Below are positions 14,157-25,810 of a stretch of DNA of 64,000 bases, in pieces (the first letter of the stretch is position 1; every line of letters starts with the position of its first letter). Under the pieces are notes generated by a model. The model had not been told where the DNA came from. It did not search any database and worked only from the letters and a program-made list of their open reading frames with translations. The DNA lies in contig MU006090.1 of assembly GCA_010093705.1 (NCBI GenBank), positions 1,143,817 to 1,207,816 on the forward strand, in the 5' to 3' direction. Both the position numbers and the translations under genes were made by a program. This stretch comes from Patellaria atrata CBS 101060. Taxonomy: Eukaryota.

Positions 14157-17030
14157 ACCGGCCTGGGGCAAGCACCTCTTCCAGACGACATTGCAATTCA
14201 TCATTAGGGAGCATGAATTGCTTTGCGAGACCTAGTTCAATAGCAACTGCATGGATATACAGTAGACGACGGGTTTTTAACTTGTTGTTCTGCTCATAAC
14301 TCATACGTAGAGGACGTCATCGAGCTCAAATGGGCATCGAGACAACGAGATGCTCAAACAATGAGCTGGAGAACCACTTCATCAGCGTAGAGTAGGAGTA
14401 CTGTTCAATAATCACCAATACCTCTCCATCTTATCACTGAGAACCGCTGCGATGGAGATAATCCCCTCGATCAGCAAAATCCGGAGTAACCGTGAAGTCC
14501 AGAAGTCCGTGTAGATCTCGGCCAGATTCGGAGATATCGTTACGGAGGCACAACGTAGTAGTAAGGTAAGACCGGCGGGAGTACCCGCTCGAATGGACGG
14601 TAGACGGGAAAGATGAACATCGATCTCCCACGACCCATAGTATATTTCTTTTTCCCATAGAACCGCTCGTGACCTTGGGAAAAAGAAAGATAAAAGTACT
14701 CCACCGAGTCCAGATCCCAGCTCGGTCGCTCCTCCTGTTTGAGAAAAAGCTCAGCGATAATGGCAAACCGTACTGTAATTCTGTCCCCAGCCACCCCCCC
14801 CAAACCCCTCTCTACCTTATCCCGCGAGGGTATGGAAGTTTGTTAAGGACCAAAAACCCCTTCCAGTCAAGTGACTTGTAAAAACCGATATATTAGATAC
14901 TATAAGCCTACCCCGCCGGGCCGTCCAACCCCCTCCCCCCTTCCCCAGCAAGGCTATTCTTTCGCCCGCACGTGGGTCCCGTAGATCTCCAGCCGTCGGT
15001 TCCAACCCAGTTAAGCGCCCTCGGCGTTGAGATGGTTGCCCATGCTGCACAAGAAAGAGTCTGTACACATGTGACCGTTTCGAAGACCGCTTCTGGGCCG
15101 CTTTTGATTGGAGGTGGAGGAGGCAGAGACATGTGACGGAAAGAATACCTCAGGATTGTTGCTGAGCGGGGTACACAGAGGGGTTCCACAGTACAGTACA
15201 TTATCGCGAGTAACTTTATTAGGGGGGATAGTAGAGCAAGATTATTGGAGACATGGGGCAGAAAGCGATTAGGGCAGCGGGAAGCGGAGACTTGCGATTG
15301 GGGCAATGTTTCGTCCCACGCATTGACTTTGTTTCCAAAACGTCTTTTCGGGTGATTTTTCGAACTCGAACATGGTGGGTGTATGGGTGGTCAGATGAGG
15401 TTGGTTGGGGTCTTTGGGTCACAGTGGTACAGAAGGATGAGGCGCGACGGGATGGGTTATCGTTTGTTGTTCAAGGGGGTTTGCGAAGATGGAGTGAGAA
15501 GATGCTTTTTTTTTGGTAGGTTGGGTTTCGGGATAGGGCTCGACGATGAAAATGGGGAAGTGATGGATTACTGTACTCTAATCGTGGTTAGGGGATACTG
15601 GCTGCTTTGGGATGTGGTTGAGGTGGAGGGTGGAAAATTATAGCAGGTTAGATAGATACTGTGAAATCTTCCCGTCTTCCGCATCGTCCCTTGCGTTGCT
15701 TTACCGTTGTGCTACAGTGACAGAGTCTCACCAACCGCATGTCTTGTTATCTTTGGAAAGGCAAATAGGTAGAAAACACATGCTTACCACATGTAGTTCC
15801 AGATGGTCCCATATGCTGGGAAACAGGTATGCACAAAAGGATGTAGAAAAAGCCCTACTCATCTATCCATCGACAAGAGAGGGAACACACCCTTCACCAC
15901 ACAAGGAAATGCAAGCGTTTCTATTTGCAGCCTCGGTTTGGGCTGCTCTCAGCTATGACGGAGTCCGCAGTGCACGCATCTCAAAGCGTGTGCTGACAGC
16001 ATCAGGATAAGCCACGCCTTCCATGCAGCCCTTCCATGCATGGGGGATAGCACCGATAGCCTTGCATGAACTCTTGTTTGCGCACCTTCCCACTCCCATT
16101 ATTCCACGACTCCAGGCTGCCATCCTTTGGCCCATCACACCTTCAGCCCTATCGCGGATTTACCGCGCGTGATGACGACCTTCTTTAGTGCTTCTTATGG
16201 GGGAGGGAATGGTTGGATGAAGCGCTGCGGCACGGACAGCCATGATCGTGGTTGATATTGTAGCCGATGTCTAAGACATAATCTTTAACCATGTTTCCAG
16301 CACCTCTGTCGTGGGCTGCTAAAGAGCCGGGAGGGTGTAGAGCGAAGGTTATTCTGTGGCATCATTATTATGGTAGATGTGCTGGGCGCTAAAGACGTTC
16401 AGAGCAATTGAATGTCACATAGTCAGTCAATTTGGCTCTTGAGCAAACCAGTAGAAAGAATCTGATGGAAAGAAACCGACCTAGAAAATACTGAGTCAAA
16501 GAGCAGAAACGTCACAGGGAGTTTGTTCGATAGATTTTAGTATAATGCATTGCGCGAGCTAGAATAGAATCTAAGGTATATCATGAGAAAATAGAACCCA
16601 ACCCGATCTGAAGCCGACCTGTGCCATGAGGGATATCCAAAAGGACAAACTTTTTCCGGACCGCTAAACCTGTAGCAGGCAGACAAATGCAGGCTTGAAC
16701 GATGACATGACTCGAAGAAGAATAAGAAAGAAAAACCTTCCTCCACGATGACAAGAGTGAACCCGATCTGAATGCCCTCCGCCCAATGCAATGATGCTCC
16801 AAGATGGTGTGAAAACTAGTGTACAGCCTTGTTGATTTTTCCCAAACGACCGAAAGGGGGGGATATAGATTACAATTGATCAGAAAGTTGTTTGAAGCGC
16901 AGAAGTGGTATCTCAAAAGCAAGTGACCGTGCAGAACAGAAAAAGCAGGATGAAACACGTAACCAAAAATGAAACCTAATCCAGCATAACCAACAAATGA
17001 CTCCGATGAGTCAATCAAGAACATCCAATT

Positions 17031-18278
17031 CTAGGCAGAAGGGTGTCGCAAAATTTCTTCGCAGTTCGCATCGAACCGCATACTCCAAAGTCGCATTCCA
17101 GTCATCATTCGCTCCGTCTTCTCTAACTCCCGGTCACGACCGAAGATTGAGTCAACAAACTCTCCACCGCTATTTTTTCCCATCGTCGTAACTTTCTTGC
17201 CGCCATTCTCTTTCTTGGCAGCCCTAAGCATATACTCTTCACATGATTGAAGCAACTTGGAGAACCTTCCCCATAGCCTGTCACCGCTATCAAGAAACTC
17301 TTCCACCATTTCCTTGTTCTCTTGCTGTCGAATTTTAGGCATGATCTCCTCCGCTCGCTTGATTTTACCCGCCAGTTGAATGAGTAATAGCCATAGCTCG
17401 CCTGACATCTCGGCCATGGGTGTGCCTGCACCGTAGTGGTAGACAGTCCAGTCATATATCCATTTGCCTAATGAGTTGGCGTCGAAGACACTACCCAATA
17501 GACAGATAGGCTCCTCGTTAGGGTCCCAGTTCTTGATGGAATACCCAGCTGGAATGCCAGCGCGACGTGCATCTTCGTCTGTTGCCTTGGGAGTCGACTT
17601 TGCCGTTGATGGTCTTGGCTTTTGTGGCGGTGGCGTGGGTCGACTCGAGTGCGAAGCGCGGCGGGCGCGAGATCGGTGTGGCGTTGACTCTGCCTCGGTG
17701 TAGATAGGAACCTGATCGCAATAGTAACAATAATCAGCTTCCCTATCCTCCTTATGATGTTGATATGGTGGAGGAGCATCGTAGTACAGGTAATCTTCGT
17801 CATCGAAGACTACATTGTAATATTTCTGCGAACGCGATGGTCGATGCTTGGTGTCGCCGGAGAAGCGATACTTCGTGTCTTCCCAATAGCGTTGCTTCTT
17901 CTCGCGCATGCCTTCTGCGGGCACTCGGGAGCGTCGCCCACTGCTCCAATAACGATCAGAGTAACTTACATAGTCGGTGTTACGCTGATGCGTCGAGTGC
18001 TGTTGCGGTTGTGGTGTCTGGTAGCGCGGTGACGAATACGTGCCAAAGGGTGGCACCCGTGGCGACTGAAAACCGTAACCGTGTCCTTGGTCTTGACTGG
18101 AATGTCGCCCGTGTGATTTTGGTGAGGAACGAGGAGATGGTGTCGCCGTGTGTACAGAGTATCGAGGAGAGTAATAACCATGCATTCCAGCGGCAGGAGA
18201 CGGAGACATGGGAGGAGTACGATAGTCGAAAGGCATGTAGCTGGGCGGATGAATCGGATATTGAGGTGATTGGAACAT
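17031..18278 (-). CDS. Conserved Pezizomycotina hypothetical protein (often auto-annotated as vegetative cell wall protein gp1-like)
   Basis: Single 415-aa ORF. Low-complexity Pro/Ser/Tyr N-terminus and a helical C-terminal domain with RAGIPAGYSIKNWDPNEEPICLLGSVFDANSLGKWIYDWTV, recalled as conserved across filamentous ascomycetes. Confidence 0.85.
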   Translation of the reverse strand: MFQSPQYPIHPPSYMPFDYRTPPMSPSPAAGMHGYYSPRYSVHTATPSPRSSPKSHGRHSSQDQGHGYGFQSPRVPPFGTYSSPRYQTPQPQQHSTHQRNTDYVSYSDRYWSSGRRSRVPAEGMREKKQRYWEDTKYRFSGDTKHRPSRSQKYYNVVFDDEDYLYYDAPPPYQHHKEDREADYCYYCDQVPIYTEAESTPHRSRARRASHSSRPTPPPQKPRPSTAKSTPKATDEDARRAGIPAGYSIKNWDPNEEPICLLGSVFDANSLGKWIYDWTVYHYGAGTPMAEMSGELWLLLIQLAGKIKRAEEIMPKIRQQENKEMVEEFLDSGDRLWGRFSKLLQSCEEYMLRAAKKENGGKKVTTMGKNSGGEFVDSIFGRDRELEKTERMMTGMRLWSMRFDANCEEILRHPSA

Positions 18279-21200
18279 GTTGTGTGAGAATGGCGCTCAA
18301 CGACGCCTAGGAATGGTATGAAATTTCAGATGAGAAGGAAAAAGAAGAATAGAAATTGAGATCAAGATATATAGATTTAATTCTGTCACCGATCCAGTTG
18401 AATTCCTGAGTCTGTTGGTGGTGGACGAGATGCGCTAGAGGAAGGTGGTTCTATAGCGGAGGAAGAAGGGAAAGTTAGAATCTGTCTTCCACACATTTGA
18501 TGGTCGTCGTCGTTATTCCTATAATTTTCCAAAAGGGATCCAGTGATAAGATCCCAAAAATTGAGGGTGAATAATGTTAATAATTTTGAAGGTTGATGTT
18601 GAGTTGATTTGGTAATACACGGAGTGAGAGAGAAATGAACAGAAGGCTGAGAGCGAGAAGAAGTACATATGTACCAAGCCCCAAGAAGCGTAAGGGGGAA
18701 GGCAATACCAAGCAAGCGGCCGGACATGGAAGTAACGAGGAGCGAAAACTCAGTAAAAACCCAAAGGTCAAAAGAACTTCCCAGCAATAACCACCTAATC
18801 GATTGCGCGGTGAGGTTGTGGCTTGGAGGCGGTCGCTCCTGCCTCCTGGGTGTGCTCCACCCCTAAAGAACCCCTAGAATCCGGTACACCCACCACCCGC
18901 TCCCTAAGCCCTTTAGTGGGTTACCAGTCGCCTACGAATCTGCCAAAATTGACCATTTCTAATTCTAAACCCACCCCAAAATCCCCCTATTAAAAACCCA
19001 TCCAACTATTCGCTCCCAACCTTCTATTTTTTCTCCCCGACACACAGTCATAGTCATACCCAAGATATCATGACGGCGTCCTCGATGCTGGTAAGAAAAG
19101 AGGCAAGGCTGCGTCACAGACTTTACGCAGTCCAAGGGATCCTCAAGGCAGTTGTGAAAGGACGAGAGAGAGAGTCATCCAGATGTTAATTATAAATTAT
19201 ATGATCGCTGACGCATGGAAAAAACAGGCTCGCGTCATTTAATTCGACACGGCTTTTTCCTGTGATTCTCATCTCCCAACGAGAGGCTCAAGTCAGTCAG
19301 TCTCAGACACTCTGACTCCTTTTGGGCTCTTCTTCCGCCAAAGTGGGCACCACCCCCGTTCAAGCCGTTCGAGAGAGAAAAAGAGTTTCGACACATCCAG
19401 AGCAGCCAAGCGAAATTGTAATTGTCCTCATCACAGTGTTCAGGACATGCTCAGTGCTCGCAAATCATCGGTCTGTGCAACTTGTTTTTCCAATCCGCAC
19501 GGATGGCGTCCAGTTAGAATGGATATCACAAAACTCATTTTTCCATTGGGCTTGTCGTGCCGCAAAAATGCAAAATGCGCAAAAACGAATACTGATGTCT
19601 CACAATTTCACACACACACACACATTCAAAAACCCTCCTGTACCCACAATCCACCACCCACCCGTCCGTAGCCCAGGGCAGGTCGACGATAAGTTGATAA
19701 CATTAAATTGTATTACTTGCCTTTTCTGCTTTACATGGGGGTTGTTGAAGACGAGGGAAGGTAACGGAATAGACAAGTTTACTGGATCATGCTTGCCACT
19801 TCCAGCTTCCATTATTATTCCCTTGATAGCTTTTTTATCATCTCGTAAGCTGTTATGGAGGCTCGTACTACCCGTTCGATATTAAGGTGGACCAGCATCC
19901 AATATCAAAGTCTTGAAAGTCCGTCAGGGAACCCCTAAACGTCGGGACCTTGAGAGTCCTGAGTCCTTGTTGGATGAAAATGCGCACTAGCGTCATCTTT
20001 CGTTCAAGCGTTATGATCCAGTACGATCCTCCGCTGAACACCTTGCACGTAACACGCAACACGAGACGGTCGCGGGTCTTTACAAGTCAGAGAGCGTATG
20101 GTAAGATGCATGCGACCATGCGAGTCCCGATCGTTGATGCGATGTTGCGAGCTATCAAAGTATCACGAACTGCTGGCCACGAATTCACACGAAACACTGC
20201 GAGGACAAAAGCTGATGAGGTGGTTACGACGACCCTTGGTGCGACTAGGGGTATATTTATTTATGCCTCCGAGACGAATGAGATGGAGAGTACAGATACG
20301 ATACCCGCCGTTGGACGAGGCTCCCTCGTTCCCATCAGCTTTTGTGTTGACGCAAATTCGTTAGCCACCGTTGCGAGTGGTCAAATCTGGTCTTCTCTCT
20401 CATCCCAGCTCTGGACTCCTTAACACGATTATCATTTAGGATGTCCGAGCGCACAAATCCTATCCAAAAGCTGGTGCTCGCTGCTCGTAGCACGCGGCAA
20501 CGGTAACTCTGGGCACACCCAACCGAAACGCCGGCTTCAGTCAAGGCAACGGTCATCTTCGTAATCTATCCAACTACCCAAGAGGGCGATAGAGGTTAAG
20601 GATCTCCTGGCTCTTCAAACAGCTGAGCCGCACCCTCTTTTAATTGAGGATGTCTGTGATCCTCTTCGCAACTTTCTTCAAAGTAAATAGGCAATCTCGC
20701 CGAGTGAAAATTTTTTCTTCTTCTCACCGTGTCTCACTATTTTTCATTGGTTCATGCTTTCACTTACCGCAACTTTATGCCCAGTTCTTGCTACAGCTCC
20801 TTAAACTCATCTCTCTTCTGTGCGATACTCTAAAGTTCAATCTACAAGGTCTGTATGGACCATAAGTTGCGTCGTGTCTGCATATGCGGGAGTCTTATTC
20901 GATCAGTCTGTGGACAACGTAGCGGGGCCACAGGTTAGTGTCAGGTTTTGGTGCAGAAATATCGCGACCTCTTGATCGATGCTCTGCTATCATTGGCTAA
21001 ATACGGAGTACAGCCTTTGACCGTGCTGCTTTAAGCCTATCGGCTAGTGTCCTGCAGCCTAATGCGAAACCATTCTCACATTCTTACAGAAGAAGCAGAG
21101 GAGTTGAGGAGCCTTAAAGACACATGAAAATGTCAGATATGGAAAAACTTCGTCTTGTTCATGCAGCCTTCTCCAATGTTATTGGGAAGAGTCGTAAACA

Positions 21201-23655
21201 TGCATCGTGGCGTTCCCACGGGAATAGCTCCGTTTGAAAATCATCCTGCTGTACCACATCTTCGGGTCCATCAAGGCATTAAAGATAGTCTTACGGTCAA
21301 TGAAGCGTGAGACTGCTCCACTTGATATCGCAGACAACTCATCTTGCGCTATCTTCATCCCTATCCTTCTGCATCCTGTTTCTCTCGTTGTCGATTTCTC
21401 TCTAAGAAGCGTCTCGCGGACGTATGGAAAGAGCTAGGATTATAGGAAGAGATACCGAAGGGACGCGAGAGCGGACAATTCCACACTAAGAGCGGACACT
21501 CTGCAAGCCTGCGCAGGACCGATCAGTATGATAGGACTTCTAGATACAAGAGGAGCAGTCTTCCTATGCCGCGGACCCACCGCGTTATCACGGCTTGCAG
21601 TCGATTTTCCAGGGAGGCGTGATAGTTAGGAGATTTTTAATAGACCGTTCCCGGACTTTTCTACAGAGTAAACATTTCGCACACTCTAAACTCCTCTGTA
21701 TACCGAAGACCTCCGTAACCATGATGGCCAGATTATCGCAATCTTCGCCATCACATGTCTGCCTTGAGGCTCGAATAAGTATGATGCCCCGGGCAAGCCG
21801 ACATATCCTGTTAGACGTGGGCGCTTAGAAGACATTGCCGCATAATAGGAGGCTAAGAAGCTGAAATGAAGTGTCACGGTCGGAGATTTATTGGTACCAG
21901 CCCATTGTGGCTCAGTTCTAGCTTTGAGTCACGTAAGCTGGCATAGGGTCACGTGGTATCTCTGAAATCTGTATCGGTGGTAATTCCGACCAAGGTTTCG
22001 CCACAATGGTCGGGACTCATTCTGGGTGGGTATGTATCGCGTCACTGATCGCATGGATCGCATGGATCGCATCACTGGCGGTAACGGGGTTCGAAAGCTT
22101 CTCGGTTCGCGAGGCTGAATCTCGATGACTTGAACAACTCTGATAGTGAGGAAATAGTCACGGTGATCGTGCTACTTTGCAGGGTATGAATCTTCTAAGC
22201 ATATTCTCTCGTTACCCAGGCATAGTGTGATAACTGAATTTGGGGAAGCATGCTACCCCTAGCAAGTATAGCACAACAACTCCGCCCTCGTGGGCGCGGA
22301 GTTCAACCGTTTTATAGAGGATTTCCCTTATATTTACTTCTACTAATTTTCAATTGAGTCACGATAGTATTCCAAACCCTTAGTCAGTTAAGCGCATTAT
22401 TATGTAGAGCGAGTCTTCGAGCGCTCCTCTTGCGTTCCATACATCCATGGTGTTGAACTCTGCTGTTAACATAGAGATACATCCGTATCGACCGTAACAA
22501 TAATTTCACCTATCTATCATGAGTTAAAGTCATGTGGATGGAAGCGTTGGTATGAGAGAACCTGGAAATATTTCTAACTTTCTTGCCTACTCATGCGGCC
22601 TTTGGTTTTTTATACTAAAACGTAGTCTGTCTTTACTGGAAGCTCTACTCCAGTAAACAGTAGGAAATCTTATACACAAGCTTGTTTAGTACTTTCCTAC
22701 GTTGAATATTACTATCGCTTCGTTTCTATTCCCCAAACACTGATAGCGTATAATCATATGTCCTCATTTGTCAGAATTAGCATTCTTCATCGTTATACAC
22801 TTTACTGAACAATAGTAGCACATCGAAAGCTTGACTCCTTGTCAGTTTTCATTGATTTGTTAAGATGTCTTTTGGATAAGAAGTATACAGCAGTGTAGGA
22901 ATGAGTTGACAGGAGAAGTATAACCTAAGTTTCATTTCAAGACCTGGGGGATATTAGAAAGCTCCCCATCATAGAGGAGTTCTTAATGTAGTACCCAATA
23001 TCCAAGCAATTCTGTGTTGGAAACACCTTCATAAGTCCCAGAGTACAAACTTGTCCATTTCAAAATTGCCCATTCTTCAAAGCAGTACTAGTTTGTATCA
23101 CCCTTATTTTACGTTTCTAGTGATGCTGGTGTTTCCTAATTAGTCTCAGCTTGACCTACGTCCTATTGTCAGTGAACCTTCAATGAACTCAATAAAACAA
23201 CAATATGCCCAACGCATGTGGTGCCAAGGCCTGACGTGTGTGGAAACTTTTGCACCTTTTAAACGTGTGCTTTACTTTTCGCTTTCTCTAATCAAAACTT
23301 CTTCGATGCGATCTCTTACTATCACTTTTAAATACAAGTGCTTTACCATTGACTGTGATCAGCCAAGACTATTGTACAGCCCGCATATTACATTCGCCCT
23401 CAGCTTTTGGATATACAACGCCCTATTTAAGAGGTAATTGGAATCCCTTATTATCACAACACGTAAGTCATGGTATTCGACGTATAAGAAGTGTCATCAC
23501 CATCCCCAACAGTCAATCACATAATGTTCCCCCTGCACACGACTGCCCGATACTCTTACCTTGCCTAATCCACCATTTTAACTATTATACTAGAAAGTGT
23601 AATCCCTCTTCTCCATCATTCCGTACCGATTTCTCTGCTGAAAACCCCTGGTACC

Positions 23656-24861
23656 ATGTCCTCTCCACCAGAACACAAGAGCCCGGCCACAGATTTTAAA
23701 ATGGCTCCTATTGATGGAGCCACCCTATTGGGCCCTTCTCAAACATCCGATGTAAAGGTGTTCCCCAATGATACCTCCGAATTTCATCAAGTCCAAACCC
23801 CCCGTAGCTTCGATACAGACGCCGGGATCAACGACACACTGAGGCGGATGTCGGAACCGGATTATATCCTCAACAGTCCCCGCAGCATCCATAGGCCGCC
23901 AACCCTCGACGAAATGGCTAAGGTTACCGGGTTAGAGAAGGGCGAAGCCGCGGAACGGTTGCATCATTTGAGACCGTCAAAATGGTATCGTAGAGGGATT
24001 AAGGTTGACGGACCTGAGAGCTCGCAGCGGGAAGTTGCAGAGAAGGTGGAAGAAGGAGAAATCGACGAAAGCAAATACGAAGCCAGCACGGAGAGCGGAA
24101 TCCAGCAGAGCCTCCCATCCGACGAAACTCCTGATGCCGTAAAAGCAACACATATTCCAAAAGTACAGTTCTCCACGGAACAAGGCTCAAGACTTGGAAA
24201 GCGCAAAGCAGAAGACGATACCTCGGACTCCAACTCCGCCTCAGAGCCCGACTCCATGCCCACAACCACACCCCCACCCTCGCAAAAACGCACAAAAATC
24301 ACATCCACCATGACGGCCAAAGCGCCCCGTCGCGCCACCACTTCCGTCTTCCAACCCCCCGTCCACGCCCCTCCCAAACGCACCGCGCGCGCTCGCACCA
24401 GGAAACTGACCCAGGACTCCCTCGAGCTCGCGACGCAGACCAGAGCGGCGAAGAAGGCCCCGACCCGCTCGATGCAGAAGGCTAGTAATTATAGTTGTGA
24501 TTGTGGGAAGCCGGATGAGGTTGAGGATATGATTATGTGTGAGAGTGGACGGCATGGGAGGGATTGCTGGTGGCATTTGAGTTGTGCGGGCTTTGGTGGG
24601 GGGAGGAGTGTTCCGGAGGGGGAGTGGGTTTGTGAGGGTTGTGAGGGGAGTGGGGAAGGTGAGGGGAGTGGGGAAGGTGAGGGGAGTGGGGAAGGTGAGG
24701 GGAGNNNNNNNNNNNNNNNNNNNNNNNNNNNNNNNNNNNNNNNNNNNNNNNNNNNNNNNNNNNNNNNNNNNNNNNNNNNNNNNNNNNNNNNNNNNNNNNN
24801 NNNNGAGGAAAATGGGGATGTGGAGGGAGGTGAGAGTGAGGGTGATGGTGTGGGTGAGTGA
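23656..24861 (+). CDS. PHD-finger protein with a disordered N-terminus; C-terminus uncertain because of the gap
   Basis: CDCGKPDEVEDMIMCESGRHGRDCWWHLSCAG...EGEWVCEGC matches the C4HC3 PHD pattern. Confidence 0.8.
   Translation: MSSPPEHKSPATDFKMAPIDGATLLGPSQTSDVKVFPNDTSEFHQVQTPRSFDTDAGINDTLRRMSEPDYILNSPRSIHRPPTLDEMAKVTGLEKGEAAERLHHLRPSKWYRRGIKVDGPESSQREVAEKVEEGEIDESKYEASTESGIQQSLPSDETPDAVKATHIPKVQFSTEQGSRLGKRKAEDDTSDSNSASEPDSMPTTTPPPSQKRTKITSTMTAKAPRRATTSVFQPPVHAPPKRTARARTRKLTQDSLELATQTRAAKKAPTRSMQKASNYSCDCGKPDEVEDMIMCESGRHGRDCWWHLSCAGFGGGRSVPEGEWVCEGCEGSGEGEGSGEGEGSGEGEGXXXXXXXXXXXXXXXXXXXXXXXXXXXXXXXXXXEENGDVEGGESEGDGVGE
24643..24804. repeat. 18-bp coding tandem repeat (EGSGEG) running into a 100-N assembly gap (24705-24804)
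   Basis: GAGGGGAGTGGGGAAGGT repeated more than 3 times, then Ns. Confidence 0.95.
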
Positions 24862-25810
24862 ATGAGTGGAAGGGTTGTTTGGAGGTGCTAGGTTGGAACT
24901 ACTTTGTTCGTGGTGGTGGGTTTATATAGCTAGGCTGTGATTAGGTCGTGAGGTAGTAGTTGCGCTATCAGAGTCGCTGGATTGGAGGATTATAGCCTCA
25001 CTTACTTGCCTGAGTGTGGTTTATATACCTGCGTGGTTCCCGTTTCCCGGATATGACATTATACCCCTATTCCTTCCCCCGTTTTGATGGCCATAGAGTC
25101 AGTTGTCCTATCACATATGTTAGCTGAGATGTGAGAAATCACTTCCTCAAGCCAAATTCGAAAGCTGAAAAGTATGTTTTTTATTCAGGGGGGAGGTTGA
25201 TAATACAGCATACTATCAGTCCATGAGGAGAGCAAGCATCTAATTAAGTGATATAAAACAACATCTCTCACGACTCTCAGCTCTCCTCTCTCTTTGAAGC
25301 GTGTGTGTGACCGCATTTGCATTATATATATAGAATCGCCATAACACTAATATCTATAGCAAACAACCTGGGAGTTCAAATCCATCTCTAGCAAGCAGTA
25401 CAACCCTTTATCGTTCAAAGCAAGCTAACTGACTATTACGAACGCCCGTTTTACGCCCGTGATGAGGTAGTATATGCTTAGATTTATAGATAGGTGTGGC
25501 AGAGAGAGCCTTGAGGAGTGAATAATGGGCCGTAATCTGGATGTTGTGTGAATGGGACTTTGAGGGGTTTGAGGGGTTAGCGGAACAGTAATCCTCGTGC
25601 TCGATGAGAATATATGATGCTCTTCTACCTGCGCAACTGAATGCTAGAAATAGTCGTCGGGGCCAAGATATAGAAGTTGAAGGAGGTATGGAAAGTGATA
25701 TGAACGAGCTCAGAAAAGGTGAGGCCATGGATCAATCTTACATTTGTCAAAACCCTACAGGAGGTCTACAAATGAGACAAACAAAGCCGCCGCATACAAT
25801 CAACAGCGGC

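Noticed and set aside
9479..17030. Firm telomerase RNA call
   Set aside because: I found no TAACCCTAA-type template on either strand. The best match is only CCCTAACC on the minus strand near 15586-15593. Kept as a hypothesis only.
19322..20556. ORFs of 187 and 157 aa in the divergent interval
   Set aside because: TTG starts, non-protein-like composition, and no motifs or splice support.
15012..21827. Pro1/ADV-1-type GGCGCTTA sites at 15012 and 21820
   Set aside because: About two copies of an 8-mer are expected by chance in 64 kb on both strands.
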